Origin: Lytechinus pictus
Taxonomy: Eukaryota
Length of the DNA: 64,000 nucleotides
Assembly: GCF_037042905.1 (NCBI RefSeq)
Contig: NC_087254.1
Coordinates: 35,340,001-35,404,000 of the forward strand
Direction of reading: 5' to 3'
Part shown: one piece after another, positions 12,628 to 26,154 of the stretch
Layout of the letters: every line of letters starts with the position of its first letter
Position numbering within the stretch: position 1 is the first letter of the stretch
Position numbers and translations under genes: made by a program
The notes under the pieces: model-generated
What the model saw: only the letters and a program-made list of their open reading frames with translations
What the model was told of the DNA's origin: nothing
Databases searched by the model: none

Positions 12628-13444
12628 AGACGATGATGAAGACACCGAGTAGGCTGTGATAGCTTCTACATTTTTTTTTCAAGAGTGCCCTTTAATCGCG
12701 GGACTTGGTTTTCTTCTATCCTTCTCTTTTGCTCGCTCTCTGAAGCGTATAGGAACGCGACAATGTTGTGTGTTAGTCTCATCATATTTATTTGACTTAA
12801 ATCAAGCTTAAACGTATTTGTATCACAATACCCTCGTTGCCTCCCCGCAGAAAGGCCGTTAGCGCGCATGTGCGCGAAACGTACATTTTCGAGAAAACGC
12901 AAATTATGTTTTGACCTTATTTTGCGCTTTTAGCAGCTAGTGTATTATTTGCTTCCCTATTTCTCATACTTTCTGTTTATCAAAATACTCTAAACGCTTT
13001 ATAATCTTAAGAAGGAATACCTTACGCCCTTTTTCCGGGAACAAAAATACGCAATCTACTGATCCACTGACCGCAGAAAGGCCCATAGCGCGAATCGGTC
13101 TATGCGCGTACGCACGTTGAACGAAGAAACGTCTTGTTCCCAGAGAAAGGACGCGTCTATGTACTTAAGCACGTGGGAGTGTTTTTGCTCATTATGTCAT
13201 AATTACGTCACATTTATGTTCGAGAATGGTACCAGAACAAAGTTCATGACGTGTTTTTTTCCATTTCAGCAATAAAAAAAAATTCGATTTTTTTTTTTTT
13301 TTTTGGGGGGGGGCGCCAAAATACGTGAACGGTCTTTCTGTGGGAAGGCGACGCCCTTGTGCTATTACTGGTGTTGTTTTCTCTTTATGTGAAGCAAATG
13401 CCAGACGAAAAATCAGAAATAGAGACTTATGTTCAAAACAGAGA

Positions 13445-13720
13445 ATTATGTTCAAATTACTCTTGTTCGTCTACAAAACACTGAATAAACAGGCCCCATA
13501 GTATTTAAGTAACTGTTGACTGTGATATACCAACTAGAAAACTAAAGTCTGCCGACGATCCTCGTCGTCTAAGGTATTAATAACATTTACATTGGCCGGT
13601 TATAGAAGTTTTACTGTGTCATTGTTAAATTACTGGACTGATTTGCCTCTTATAATTAGACAGTTTTCATGACAGGCAATTTTCTGATTAATAGACAGTA
13701 AAAACCCATCTCTTTCGTAG
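13445..13720 (+). mobile_element. degenerate L2-type LINE 3' fragment
   Basis: Translates to FKLLLFVYKTLNKQAP*YL, the hallmark L2 ORF2 tail, with stops. Confidence 0.55.
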
Positions 13721-14713
13721 TTTGTATTTTTAAGATTCCGTTTTACTAATTCATTGCTTACGCTTTGAGGCTATGGAAAAAGCGACAGTATCAGTAATAA
13801 GTAAAAATAATGATAATGTTAATATTAATNNNNNNNNNNNNNNNNNNNNNNNNNNNNNNNNNNNNNNNNNNNNNNNNNNNNNNNNNNNNNNNNNNNNNNN
13901 NNNNNNNNNNNNNNNNNNNNNNNNNNNNNNNNNNNNNNNNNNNNNNNNNNNNNNNNNNNNNNNNNNNNNNNNNNNNNNNNNNNNNNNNNNNNNNNNNNNC
14001 GGATCAAGCGGGGGATCGGAATGTATGGGCGCACCCCTTAATATTCTAAAATCTGATGGTGCAGTATGATGAATGCATTAATTGCGCACCCCTCCAAAAT
14101 GATCGACAACTTTTTTTCTTCTTTTTCTCTTTTTTTCTGCTCGTCAAACTTTTCAGACAAATTCGCTCCCTGTCACAGTCCCGCTCTGGATCCGCGCCTG
14201 AATTGAATAAATGTATCTCATTAAAAATCAATCTATATTGATATTGATCATGTGAATAATTCTTAAGCATATGCTGGAAAAGACACAAATCTCTGATAAC
14301 GTACCTATTTCTCAATTGATAAACTGAATGACATCTTCTTCTTTTTTTCTTAAATGCAAGTAATTCTTGGTTATTTCTCTATGGATTCTATGGAAATCAA
14401 TTTCGTTTGTCTAATTTTGTCATTTTAGGTGGATGTTATATCAAAATCAACAAATAGAACTTTTTATTGCTATCGATGAACTATGGTAGCACTGTAATTA
14501 TGTATCATCATCCTGTGGATTGAAATGGTGTTGAAACTGAAAATAGAATTATGTGCTGTATAACTTGTGAATGTTGGGCAAGTGCTATGGGTATAGGGAC
14601 GTATATACAGTGATTTAATTTCGAGAAGACAATATTGCATGGGCATGGTGAATTGAATTATTGGTCCATACATGGAGGTGTGTGGGTGAGTGTGTGCGTA
14701 GGTGTGTGTGTGC

Positions 14714-14902
14714 GGAGGTGCCGTGGCCGAGTGGTCTAAGGCGCCTGACTATACATGGAAAGTTCGGGGTTCGATCCCCGGCCGTGGCACCTATGCCCGT
14801 GAGCAAGGCATTTAATCTACAATGCTCTTTTATCCTGCTTTCAAATAAATGGAAATGCTATTTGCATTATTGGTAACTAGGTGTGCACTTGTTAAAAAAA
14901 AA
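14714..14902 (+). mobile_element. tRNA-derived SINE
   Basis: GGTGCCGTGGCCGAGTGGTCTAAGGCG (A box) ... GGTTCGATCCC (B box), followed by a non-tRNA body (CCCGTGAGCAAGGCA) and an A tail. Confidence 0.85.
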
Positions 14903-15076
14903 AGTGAGAGAGAGAGGGAGGGGGAGTTGTGTGTCAATGTTCATCGTTTAAGAATATGAATAGCTCCCTCAGTGTAACTATGGAAAAAAAAACAGTGAAT
15001 CGATGTTCACGCAACGTTTCTTAGTTATTATTGGAAACACCCATTCAATGCCAAATCTCACTTGCGAAACCAACTC

Positions 15077-15347
15077 CAGGGCAAAGAGTTACGATTGATC
15101 CAATCAACCTCAACTATGGAAAGCCAGCAACGCCAACATCTAAAACACTAGTTTGTTCAAAATATTTTCTAGATATGATGTACATGTATATTCATACATT
15201 CACTGTTTTCTCGACAATTAAATATGCTTATCTTTGTTTTCATAGGATATATTCCAAATTCCCTAAAGAAAAAAATTATGACATTAATCGATTTCCATAT
15301 ACTTGAGGTTGATCGGATCAACCGTAACTCTTTGTAAGACCGGGCCG
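15077..15347. mobile_element. MITE, related copy at 27173-27430
   Basis: AAAGAGTTACGATTGATCCAATCAA ... TTGATCGGATCAACCGTAACTCTTT inverted ends. The internal sequence is shared with 27173-27430. Confidence 0.8.
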
Positions 15348-17307
15348 AGACCGACCAAACCAATTACATTATTTACAGTAGCATACCATATAGGTCGGTT
15401 TGGAGTCGGTTTCGTTGGTGTGACCGGGCACCAATAAGGCTTCTGCACCTGCTGCAGATTTCCACCTCCTGTGGAACAGACTATAATGATTTTTTGCAAT
15501 TGCCATGGGGACGGATTCCAAGAACACAGTAAATCTATTGAAAAATATACGTCAAATGACAATGAACAGAAGGAAGGCCATTGTCGAAAATTGGTGGACC
15601 AGAACGTTCAGCAGTTTCATCCTAAGTTTCTGAGTAGACGAAAAATTGCAAATATATCGTTTGTCGAGAGTCAAGAACAAAACTGCTGTTTTGATTCACA
15701 AATTTTCGACAGAGCTTCCTTGGTTGTTCCTTGTCATGGAAGGCAATTGACAATATATTTTCTTTGTTCTTGAATCCGTTGCGCGTTGTGGAAGAGAAAA
15801 TTCTGTGTAACGTTCTTTGGAATTCAGCCTACACGTATTGATCAATACTCACTGTTCACACCCTTATGAGAAAACGAACCAAATGACCGTGAATGGGTGA
15901 GATATTTATCAATTAAACGGTTTAACCTCTCACAGATAAATATAACAAGTATTATTCATCGCTACATGCATATGATATGCCTATATTATCATAGTATAAT
16001 GAAGCAAGATTTGGAATGGTTTGGTGATACGTCTGTGCGCTCTGTCCCACATTACGTTATAGGGGTACGTATCATATATTTGTTTTATTTTTTATTTTAT
16101 TCAACCAATTCAGAATCTCCGGATTTATATCATTTATAATCATGCGTATAACAGGAGAACTATTATAACTTTGTTAGAATGGGAATACAATCCCTCTTAC
16201 CGTTCATGTAAATTTATTTTCTTTCACTTTCACTCTTGTTTCTGGTTTACTCCACATGACTTAATATTATGATTTTTTATTGTGTAGCTACACTCTTAAA
16301 ACAGATCAGTAAAATTGACTAGACCAGTAGTCAGCTGGGTGCAACTGACATGACAATCAGTGATAGTCACATTTCTGTCATAGATTCTAGTCAGGAATAA
16401 CTCTTTTCTAGTCAAATACGACTAGAAAATAGTAAAATATGACAAGAATTACAGTTGCACCAAGCTGACCCTATTAAATAATCATTTTTGATTGATTTGA
16501 TTTTAGAGTTTACCTAACACAGTTATGAGCTCGTCATTTGATATAATTTGTTTTCAATATCAAATCATTGAGTTGTAGAAAAGTAAGATTTCAGATATAA
16601 TGAAAACACAGCAGGGTTGCTACAAAAGAAATGTTTCTATTTCTAACGCTCTCAAATTTAGAATGAATTTTTTTATCAAAGACATAGCTGATTTATTAAT
16701 TTAAATACAAAATATAGAATCAATTTGTGTAACTCTTCATTGAAAGAATAAGGATAGGGTGAAATGAGGTAAAGAGAGAGAGAGAGAGGGTGTGTATGTG
16801 TGTGTGGGGGTGCGTTTGTGTGAGAGAGGGAGAGAGAGAGGGGGAGATAGGCTGAGTGTAGATAGGGGAAGAGGGAGATGTAACAAAGGGATTTGTATTT
16901 AAAAAATGGTCTGGAATATGAGAGCTTACCACGGCTTCACGTTTAAGTGACTACATTATTGTTTCCGTTTTACTATAAGACGGACTGAGATTAATTATTC
17001 ATGAACATGGAATATTGTGATCATGTTAGAAGCTATATTGTTAGTATGAGTCTGCCTTTAGATTACCTCTTGTTAATGTGCAAAAGGGATCCTTGAAAGA
17101 AATACTTTTTTTTTCTTCTTCTTCTTCCTGAATGATGAACACGACAATTACAACAAAGTTAGTAGGCCTAATTGAATATCAGGGTCGTTTTATTCTCTGC
17201 TATAATGTCATTATCACTATTTGCCAACAGAACTTATGCATACGCTGATTCCAAAACGGATCTCCTACTGATAATTTGTGACAGAACTCATTTCGAATGC
17301 CACTACC

Positions 17308-17865
17308 ATGGCAAGTTATGAATCAGAAGGTACAAACCGAAGCTTCAAAGACCCCACACAAACAGACGACATATACCCTCCGCCCCCTGGATTCGATAGC
17401 CCTCCTAATAAACCTGATCGGTATCGGCCATATGGCGGGAAGAGCAATGGTGAGAGATCCGCCCAAAGACCTAACCCTGACACTAACTCCCCCGGCATGA
17501 ACGATGAGTATAAGAGAAGAGCGAGCGTCACGAAAAGAATATGGAGTATCCTCAAAGGAACTTTCCTTTGCGCGTGCCCGTTGTTCATCATCGGCCTCGT
17601 CCTTGTAGTTCTCGGTGTAGTCGACGTACCAGCCGGCAATGACCTCATCAAACCAGGAGCACCCATACTCATCATCGCCATGGTCTTCCTCATCGTCACA
17701 ATCATCCTCCTCGTCGTTTACAAGGTCAGGGGTATGAATGCGTACGACATCGGTCAGAACAGAATGACGGGAATTGTCAACAACGGTGTTAATGTTACAA
17801 CGCAGAGATCATCGAATGAAGAAAATCGTCATGAAAGAAACGAAGGTAATATCTATGAGGCTTGA
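17308..17865 (+). CDS. two-TM hairpin membrane protein A (paralog of the 26155 gene); possible alternative last exon 18935-18975
   Basis: Kozak-like ACCATGG at 17308 after an acceptor near 17230. Polar N-terminus, then ILKGTFLCACPLFIIGLVLVVLGVV-D-P-KP-GAPILIIAMVFLIVTIILLVVY. A phase-1 donor at 17846 matches the acceptor at 18934, giving ...RNEDSEDRRYNESRRI*. Confidence 0.85.
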   Translation: MASYESEGTNRSFKDPTQTDDIYPPPPGFDSPPNKPDRYRPYGGKSNGERSAQRPNPDTNSPGMNDEYKRRASVTKRIWSILKGTFLCACPLFIIGLVLVVLGVVDVPAGNDLIKPGAPILIIAMVFLIVTIILLVVYKVRGMNAYDIGQNRMTGIVNNGVNVTTQRSSNEENRHERNEGNIYEA

Positions 17866-20629
17866 AAAAAAGATTGTTCAACTATGGTTTAACCATGGTG
17901 ACACACTAGAAAAGGGGGTTTCCAAATCTACAATAGGAGCATTTAAGGTGTGCTGGTGGGTTTATTTGAAAGACTACCTGTTGATTATGGATTGAATAAG
18001 CAAAATGAATTTACTATGCATTTAACACAATTTTAATGTGGCTCAAAGTAAATATAACCAAGTGACAATTTTCAATGTAGAAGGACGAATTAATGGGGAA
18101 AAAGGCATTATTAATAGGCATATGTACATTTATGCACCTATATCATGTTTAATGGTGCTGTTAGCTGTATTATGCATCCAAAAGGGTGCAGAGGTGAACC
18201 ATTTTGAGGAAGTTACAAAATGTGAACTTTAAAAAAATTGATAATGTATCCAATAGGTGCAAAGTAGCAACCTTTGGTTGCCAACAGGCATTTCACGTCA
18301 CACAACAATAATATAAAGGTGCGTACACCAACACATAAACTTTCTGATAGAGACAGACATAATTTTTCTTCCAAAGATAATCATTAGAGAAGCCATTCAG
18401 AAAAGCATTATCATTTTCCATAATATGATGTATATTACATTATAGAAAGCGCAAACTTGTAATTAAAGATGTATTAACGTATTATTAACGACTTGAGATG
18501 TTTATAAAACGGTATTCAAGTTCAGTTTTTTCACGTGGTTCGTATATTTCGAAAGTTTAGAAATATTTCACTTCACCTACATGTATTACACACATATTGT
18601 GTTGAGTAATCATGAGTATCATTGCCACCCCATAACTATCTTTCATTCCTCTCTTTTCCCCCTTTATTTTCTCCCAATATGTGAGGACAGGAAATGTCAA
18701 ATTACACAATCATCGTGTCATCACTCACTTCCAGGTTTTGATATATTAGGTTGATACGTTTGAATATCATATTGCATATACTTTCAATGCAATAAATTGA
18801 GGTTAAAAGAAAAAACTAACATTGATGTATGAACGAATAGGCGTGGACATTATCCATTCAATACCTATACCCTTCCTTCTGTGCTATACCATACTGAAAC
18901 TATCAAAAATTCAATATGTTTTATCAATTCACAGATTCAGAGGATCGAAGATACAACGAATCAAGAAGAATCTAGCTTGCCACATGTCCACAAGACGTCA
19001 TTGAAAATGCCGCAGGGACTAATATAATTAGGCATACTTACAAGTTACATTGTTTATACATCCGTCACTGATTTTTATGAACCGTCAAGGACCTAATTTA
19101 CCTGAGTTGTGCGGGAACTGTACTTTTTAATCTGAAAGTAAAGTGGGTGTGGCGAGGTTACATGACACACAAAAACTGTTTCCGACGAATCGCGCTGTAT
19201 TCGACTCTCTCATTGGCTGGTTCAATCGTGTCACGTGACACCGCGGACTCGTCGGATCCGTGCAATGAAACTGTCAACGTTTTACTTTCACATAGCCGCG
19301 GCTTTGTTTGTTTTTACTTATATTGTGTAGATTTTACTGCTCAGTCTCATCGATGTTAGTCATTGTCATTGAAAAAGTATTTAAAAAAAAAACCTTATCC
19401 CCAATCATGCCAAAGTTGGATACTTATGACTGCTATCACAGGAAGAAAAATATAACGAGAATTAGTGCAGACACTTTTCAAGATATCTCTGACTGGAAAA
19501 TCATCATTTACTGTATCTCATGGGGAGATTTATATATATATATATATACTATATGTTGGTGTATGGGATGAACTTAATATGGTGTTTATGGTCACTTTTT
19601 ATTTCACTTTTGCGTAGCACTAAATAATTATTTTCGGCCTTTCTGGACTTCATTTTTTATAACATATCCCAGACACATAATAAGTGGGACCTTGTAGCTC
19701 AAAATCGATGTTAATTTATGCCTGACTGTCAAGAACAATGAGATTGCTAAGATGTTGTAAATCTCAAATGGCAAGCAGTATGAAAAACCTTCAAATTGGA
19801 AACAAACTTAGTCATTAAAAAAATCATATTTCTCTCTTCCGCATATCTGCTCTCAGGGTGGTAAATTACTATCTAACATAGATAACATTGAAATCAGAAA
19901 AGAAAAAAAAATCTGAGTAACTTATTGAAAAGAAAATATTTATGTTTTCAGTTTTGATTTATGCTATGTTATTTCTTTCATTGTGTTCATGCTCTCTTAT
20001 TCATTCACTTACCATGTTTATGTTCGATTATTTATTTTATCATGTTTATGTTCTTTTGTTTGTGGATGACACCGTTGTAAAGCAGCTTAAACGGACTACC
20101 CTGCAATGTTTTGTCGATTGTATTAAATAACACATGAATAAATAATATTTTAGTAATTTTATGCTATGTAGCATCTTTTTATATTAATTTTGTAAGCATA
20201 TTCACATATTATAGTCTAAAAAATCAAGTTGTATTTAAAAGTAAGAGCAAAAGCAGTTATTGAATTGAATTGAAGAATTGAATTTATTTCCGTTAGAAAC
20301 AATTAACAATACATACTGAAAATGACAAATGAAACGGGGGGATGGCCCTACTCAGCAGCATCAATCATGGTGCTGCTGGTCTACCGAGGGGTCCTCAATG
20401 AAATTATATGGTAAATTTTAAATTAAGATTTTGAATATATGTAAAACTGATTTATGTTTATTCCTATTACACTGTTAATGTATATAATCCGAATAAAGTA
20501 AGTGTCGAGATGAACAGCATTTAGGTACTATTTTTATTTCCTGAATGCAGTTTCAACGCCAATTTTTATTACAAAAAGATTAATAATGATAATGGTATTT
20601 ATATAATTTTTCATTATCAAGAAAAATAC

Positions 20630-20895
20630 GGACATAAAGGATAAGGAAAAGGAGAAAAGGAAGATAAATAGAGAGGAAAAAAGAAGAAGAGGAAGAAAAA
20701 GAAGAAGAAGAGGAAGAAGAAGAAGAGGAAGAAGAAAGGATGAAGAGAAAGTGGAGTTGGAAGAAGAAGGGGTAATAATAAGATGAAGAGAAGGAAGAAG
20801 AAATGTTAAAGAGGAAGAACGGAAAGAAGATGGGACAGAATATGAAATGAATAAAATGAAGAAAATAAACAAAAAGACTGAAAAGAAGCTAGAAT
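20630..20895. repeat. purine-rich (GAA/GGA) low-complexity tract
   Basis: Runs of AAGAAGAAGAGG. Confidence 0.85.
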
Positions 20896-23689
20896 AAATC
20901 GCTCGTAACTCCATTCAAGATACTGCAGTTCGTTCAATTTAAGTGATTTAATTATTTCTGAATGACATGCTCGCAATCGAAGGGCATTTGAAATCATTTT
21001 AGTAAAATCTGTTACTCCACTCAAAAAAGTTAATCAATTACGTCATATTAGGAATGTTACGTCAATTCAATCCATGAAAACATAGTATAATTCAGCCTCT
21101 TTAAAAGCTTCTTTAAAGGGTGAATAGTGTGAATCATTCATACTCAACAAACATCTAACATTCCAAATTTACAAAACTTGTAATGTATACACTCTAAATG
21201 TCAAGGATTTAAAATAAATCCAGATCGGCTGTGAATAGTGAATATTAGATTCAGATTTAAATCTTGTGGATTTGAATATAAATCTAAAAGATTTGAATTC
21301 AAGTCTTTTGAGATTTAAAAGTTATTCCTTAAGACTTAAAATAAATTCAAAATTCGGCTGGTCACTTTTCACAGCCGACAATTAGAGTGTAGTGGCCATC
21401 GATTTCTCTGTCCAGTCGTTGATTCTTGTGGAGAGTTTGATGTTGTACAGTATTTAGCACCCTCTCTCGGTTATGTTTTTATTTTATTTTGGAAAGGGTG
21501 CTTTAAGCACTTTATTCTACAAATATAGGGATTGGATGTCATAAAGCTACAACAAAATAAATGATTATTACTTTAATGCAAAATTTCAACAAATTCAATA
21601 AAAACTATTATATTAACTGTTGTATACATACTGGGTATACTTATGACTAGGAAATGCATTTTATAGGGTGGAAGACTGGAGGCATATGCAAATAGGGGGG
21701 GGGGGCTCACCTATTGTACAATGTATTTGGTCAAGCAGTATTGGAGAAATAGCAAACAGCCGATGTGTAGGACTTTAATTTACCTGTAGGCTGATATAAA
21801 GTTAATAGTTTGGTCAAATTCGATGGGCTTATGTACAAAAAAAAAATTAATTCAAAATAAATAGGGGAACGAAAAGGAGGCCATTTAAGCTTCATAGGAC
21901 ATGAGTACAAATTGATTCATGATTTCATATTCTAAAATGCATAAAGAAATCATGATTATGGCGACGGAAGTGACGACGATGACGACAAAAAAGAGATGAA
22001 TGAGAATAAGGTAAATGAGAACCCCTAAAAAAAGAAAAAAAATTGGAAAATCTGTTCATATTTTGGGCATCAAAATATATCAGATAAATATTCAGGGTCA
22101 GTGGCGTAATTAGCCAAAAATTTCGACATTTTTATTATAAAAAAATGCAACTTCGTGTTCGATTTTTGACAAAATATTCAGAAAATGATATCACATTTCA
22201 CACTTCTTTCTTTCGTTTTCTCTTCTTTTTTTTTGCTTGGTCGTAATTTTCTTATGTTGTGGAAAGCCCCCCCCCCCCCTACCTGTACGCCACTGTTCAG
22301 GGTGCATAATTTACAAATCGCTTTGATGATTTTTCCGTAGATTTTAGCATATGAATGAAAAGTCTACAAATCGAAGGATATTTATGCGCTACATAATTAT
22401 GATTTACATTCATTCGCATTTGTCCTCATCCAGAATTACCCTAATTCTAAATATTAGTATTTCTCAACTACCGAATACCTGATTTTATTTTATTTCCTCT
22501 TCGAGGGACAACACAGCGGGATTTTTTAAAAGCGATTCTGCCGTTAGATTTTTTTTTTTGCACTTGTGAAGCAACGAGGTTTATCAAATAATCTATTTTT
22601 ACATTCATTGCACACATATTTTATTCATATGATTCCTTCAATACGCCCTCTTAATCAAATTGAATTCAAGATACAATAATGAAGATACCTAATAAAACGA
22701 ATCATGAACAACCACACCCAAACTCCTTGATTCTAACTTGCGTCAATCAAGTAGTGTCTTGCTTGAGAAGTAGATAAATTAGATCCGTTGTGCGTGCCAG
22801 GGCAGGTATGATCCTTTTCTCACTTTCTCTTTCTTTGACAAAAATAAATATTTTTTTATATAAACATTTATATTAATTGGTTTTTCATGATCAGGATGTA
22901 ATCTTGTCTTGTTGTGTTTTTGGTCCATATTATTTATAAGAATATTCTTAATAAGAGGCTGCACTCAACAAGTTCTGACTGTTTTTAGCAGCCTCCTCCA
23001 TATTCCAAACATGATTAAATGATAATGTTTGAATGATAATATTGTACATTTTCTGTATGTTTCATGGCTTTTTATATCAAGATGCATTATATTGTAATCG
23101 TTGGAAATTAATCGAAATGATATGAAATGAAATAAAGTTTGGGCAGAAGTCTGCCGAATTCGATTATTAAACTACTCTTTTTTGTATGTCATTAAACTTT
23201 TTTCGTCCCGATTTGCAGTGAAAGGTGATGGTGTATCAGTGTGTGGGGGGGGGGGGGTGGAGAGAGGAGGGGTAATTATGGTTTCCCGCAGAAAGAAATT
23301 GCATACTGAGGAAATAATAATGGCTATATACATTCAATTATTCAGAATAATGAAATATCACATACTCCACCATGTTCTATCACATGTTAATTCAACTTGT
23401 CAAATCAAATCAATTTGAAAATCTCATCTGATTTAATATGATTGAAGAATGCTGTGCACTATTTCGCATTATAGATGATGTGTACATCAACAACTAACGA
23501 TCCATTCGATAACACTTTGTTTCGATTAAAGGACTCATCAAAAATCAATCTATGAATAAATAGAAAGAGGACACAGAAGAGGTTGATAAAATGTAAATTG
23601 TAAAAAAGAAACATTGCCCAAAATTATAACGATAAAACTAATAATGAGAGCAACAACAGTAAATGATGATAGCAATGATATTACTTCAC

Positions 23690-24215
23690 ATGCTATTATT
23701 GTTATCACCACTATTATCATCATTATTAATTTTATTATTTTTATCATTATTACTAGTATTTTTATATTCTCCTTCTTATTATTATTATTATTTATTTAAT
23801 TCTTGTTATTATTATTATTATTATTATCATTATTATTACTATTATCATCATTTTTAATATCAATAATAATATTATTGTCTGTTGATACTATCAATACAAT
23901 CAATATTACTTTTAGTATGATTTGATCTTGAAGAATGAGAATATAAGAAGAAGAAGAAGATGAAGACAAAAATAATGAAGAGAGAAAGATAAGTTGGAGA
24001 TGACGAAGAAGAGTAAGTAGAATGAGAAGAATAAAAAAGGAGACAAAGGATGGAAAAGAAGGAGACAGAGGAAGAAAAAATATGGAGACAGAGAAAGAAA
24101 AAATAAGGAGACAAAGGACAAAGAAATATGGAGACAAAGGAAGAAAAATAAATGGGTAGAGGAGAAGAAAAGGTTGTAAGAGTTGAAGACGAAACAGAAG
24201 CACATTGAAGGAAGT
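23690..24215. repeat. (TTA/TCA)n microsatellite followed by a purine-rich tract with GGAGACA(A/G)AG units
   Basis: Directly visible low-complexity repeats. Confidence 0.85.
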
Positions 24216-24244
24216 ATGAAAAAGCTCTCTAAACAACAAAAGAA

Positions 24245-24478
24245 CCAATCTCATTATAAATAAGTCGAGATCATATCGTTACCATAGCAACTACAATTGT
24301 CGGGGATTTTCCCGGCAGGCGTGTATCTGGAAACTCGCTGTTCTAGCTTCTCTCCTAGCATATATAAAGGAAGAAATATATTTACACTCCGAGTTTACAA
24401 TAATCAAGGAGACTGAAGTGTGATATTCGGTGCGGTTCTCTAAACAAACACACTCTGCATTGTTAGCGAGATGTAAGT
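24245..24478 (+). promoter_or_regulatory. promoter and non-coding exon 1 of two-TM gene B
   Basis: CCAAT at 24245, RFX X-box GTTACCATAGCAAC 24278-24291, kappaB-like GGGGATTTTCCC 24302-24313, TATATAAA 24361, and donor GTAAGT at 24473. An acceptor at 26115 precedes ATG 26155. Confidence 0.65.
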
Positions 24479-25026
24479 ATCATCTTTATTGTTAGAGTTG
24501 GTTGTCGTCATTAATAGGAAACTAACTGTGCTGTGATTATCCACCAAAATTATTTATTCTTCTTAGACTTCTCGATATTTTTTTTTTATTCATCATGGCT
24601 GCATGAATGATCATGGAAGTAAATAGGATCTGCTTTGCAAAAAATATGACTTTGTTTTATTTCATACTTTCATCGAAGTTTTTCGTTTTCTAGATTGATT
24701 GGCCCAAAATATGGCCTTTTATTTACATCAATAATAAAAGCATACGTGTGACATGGTAAAACGATATATGAATATATAACATTGCAAAGAGGCAACAAAT
24801 AAAAACAATTATCGGATGCAGGGACCAGCAGGGGCCTAACAAGGCTGGTCCCCTAAGNNNNNNNNNNNNNNNNNNNNNNNNNNNNNNNNNNNNNNNNNNN
24901 NNNNNNNNNNNNNNNNNNNNNNNNNNNNNNNNNNNNNNNNNNNNNNNNNNNNNNNNNNNNNNNNNNNNNNNNNNNNNNNNNNNNNNNNNNNNNNNNNNNN
25001 NNNNNNNNNNNNNNNNNNNNNNNNNA

Positions 25027-25800
25027 CGCCAATATAAAGGGCAAACAGGCAACACAAAATTCAACTGAATGAATGTTTGGTTTGTAATAGATGATTTGTA
25101 TTGTCTTTTAAAAAGAGACATTGACTGGCAAGATTTCTGTTCTAATTTCGAATAATTCCAAATCATAGGTCCTCTGTAATCAATTATGGAACGAGAAAAA
25201 TCACATCGGTATTTTGGTAAATATGGATAATTTTATTGATAGTACTTTGATAGATAAATAAATCATATTACTTAATATTCCTATGACACAAGATATTTCA
25301 TCTACATGTATCACACCAAGACATCTTACCAATTCTGTCATTTGTATTTAATTATCGTCAATATAAACTTTAATTTGACTTGAATGTAGGTATTTTTGTT
25401 TTGAGTATCATTAAATTTGTTTTACTAAAGTTAAGTAACAATTCATTTGCAAAAAAAAAATATTTTTTGTAACTCAATATGAATGCGATTGGATGTTCTT
25501 AGTAGATTATCGTCAGAAATAAGAAATAAAGACCTGTGTCATCTGCAAATAAAATAAAAAATAATATGCTGCTAGAGTTCGGTAAAATTTGAATAAAAGA
25601 AGGGGGCCGAGATTTGAGCCTTGGGGAATTCCCATGGAAACAGCTTTGCCAGAAGAAGTAAAAATTTCCAATGCTAACAAACTGTTATCTGTTTGATAAA
25701 TAGTTACTAATTAAAGCATTTGCAATACCCCGGAAGCCATAAAATATAATTTCCTAATTAAAATACGGTAATCCATCCAAGCAAAATCAACTTTTTAATG
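25027..25800 (-). mobile_element. decayed LINE reverse-transcriptase fragment in intron 1 of gene B
   Basis: Minus strand encodes GIPQGSNLGPLL and FADDT RT motifs with frameshifts. Confidence 0.8.
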
Positions 25801-26154
25801 ATATCTAAACATGATAACCGTATCTTAAAGATCGGAATCAACTTTAACGCCTCCAACTTTCGCTCTCGCCAGGGATGCTGTTTTTTTTCTATATCAACCT
25901 CCGATACTGAGTTGAAATATATATGTATTTGCCCTTTTCTCTGAGAGCAATGGAGGGAGAAACGACAACAAAAAAATGTTCCATGAATAAGATTGTAAAA
26001 GATAAACATTTTCATTTGTTTGAAATAAGACTTTTTATGTTGTGGAATGTTAAGATGATATTGTCATCTAGAATATGCATTTGTTGTAAGAAAGGCGTTT
26101 TCCATTTTTTAACAGTTTTTACCGAAATTGTCTGAAGAGGAGTAAAACACAACA

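Noticed and set aside
13773-14069. ORFs spanning N runs (also near 24.9, 33.7, 40.8 and 55.2 kb)
   Set aside because: Open only because the gaps hide stop codons.
14714-14795. tRNA gene calls here and at 9960-10033, 30402 and 55631
   Set aside because: A and B boxes are present, but anticodon arms are imperfect and each runs into a SINE body or tail.
20534-24254. Leu/Phe/Ser-rich minus-strand ORFs that look like membrane proteins
   Set aside because: Antisense readings of purine-rich and (TTA)n low-complexity tracts.
25623-25633. kappaB-like GGGGAATTCCC
   Set aside because: It is simply the GIP codons of the LINE RT motif, so it was not counted as regulatory.
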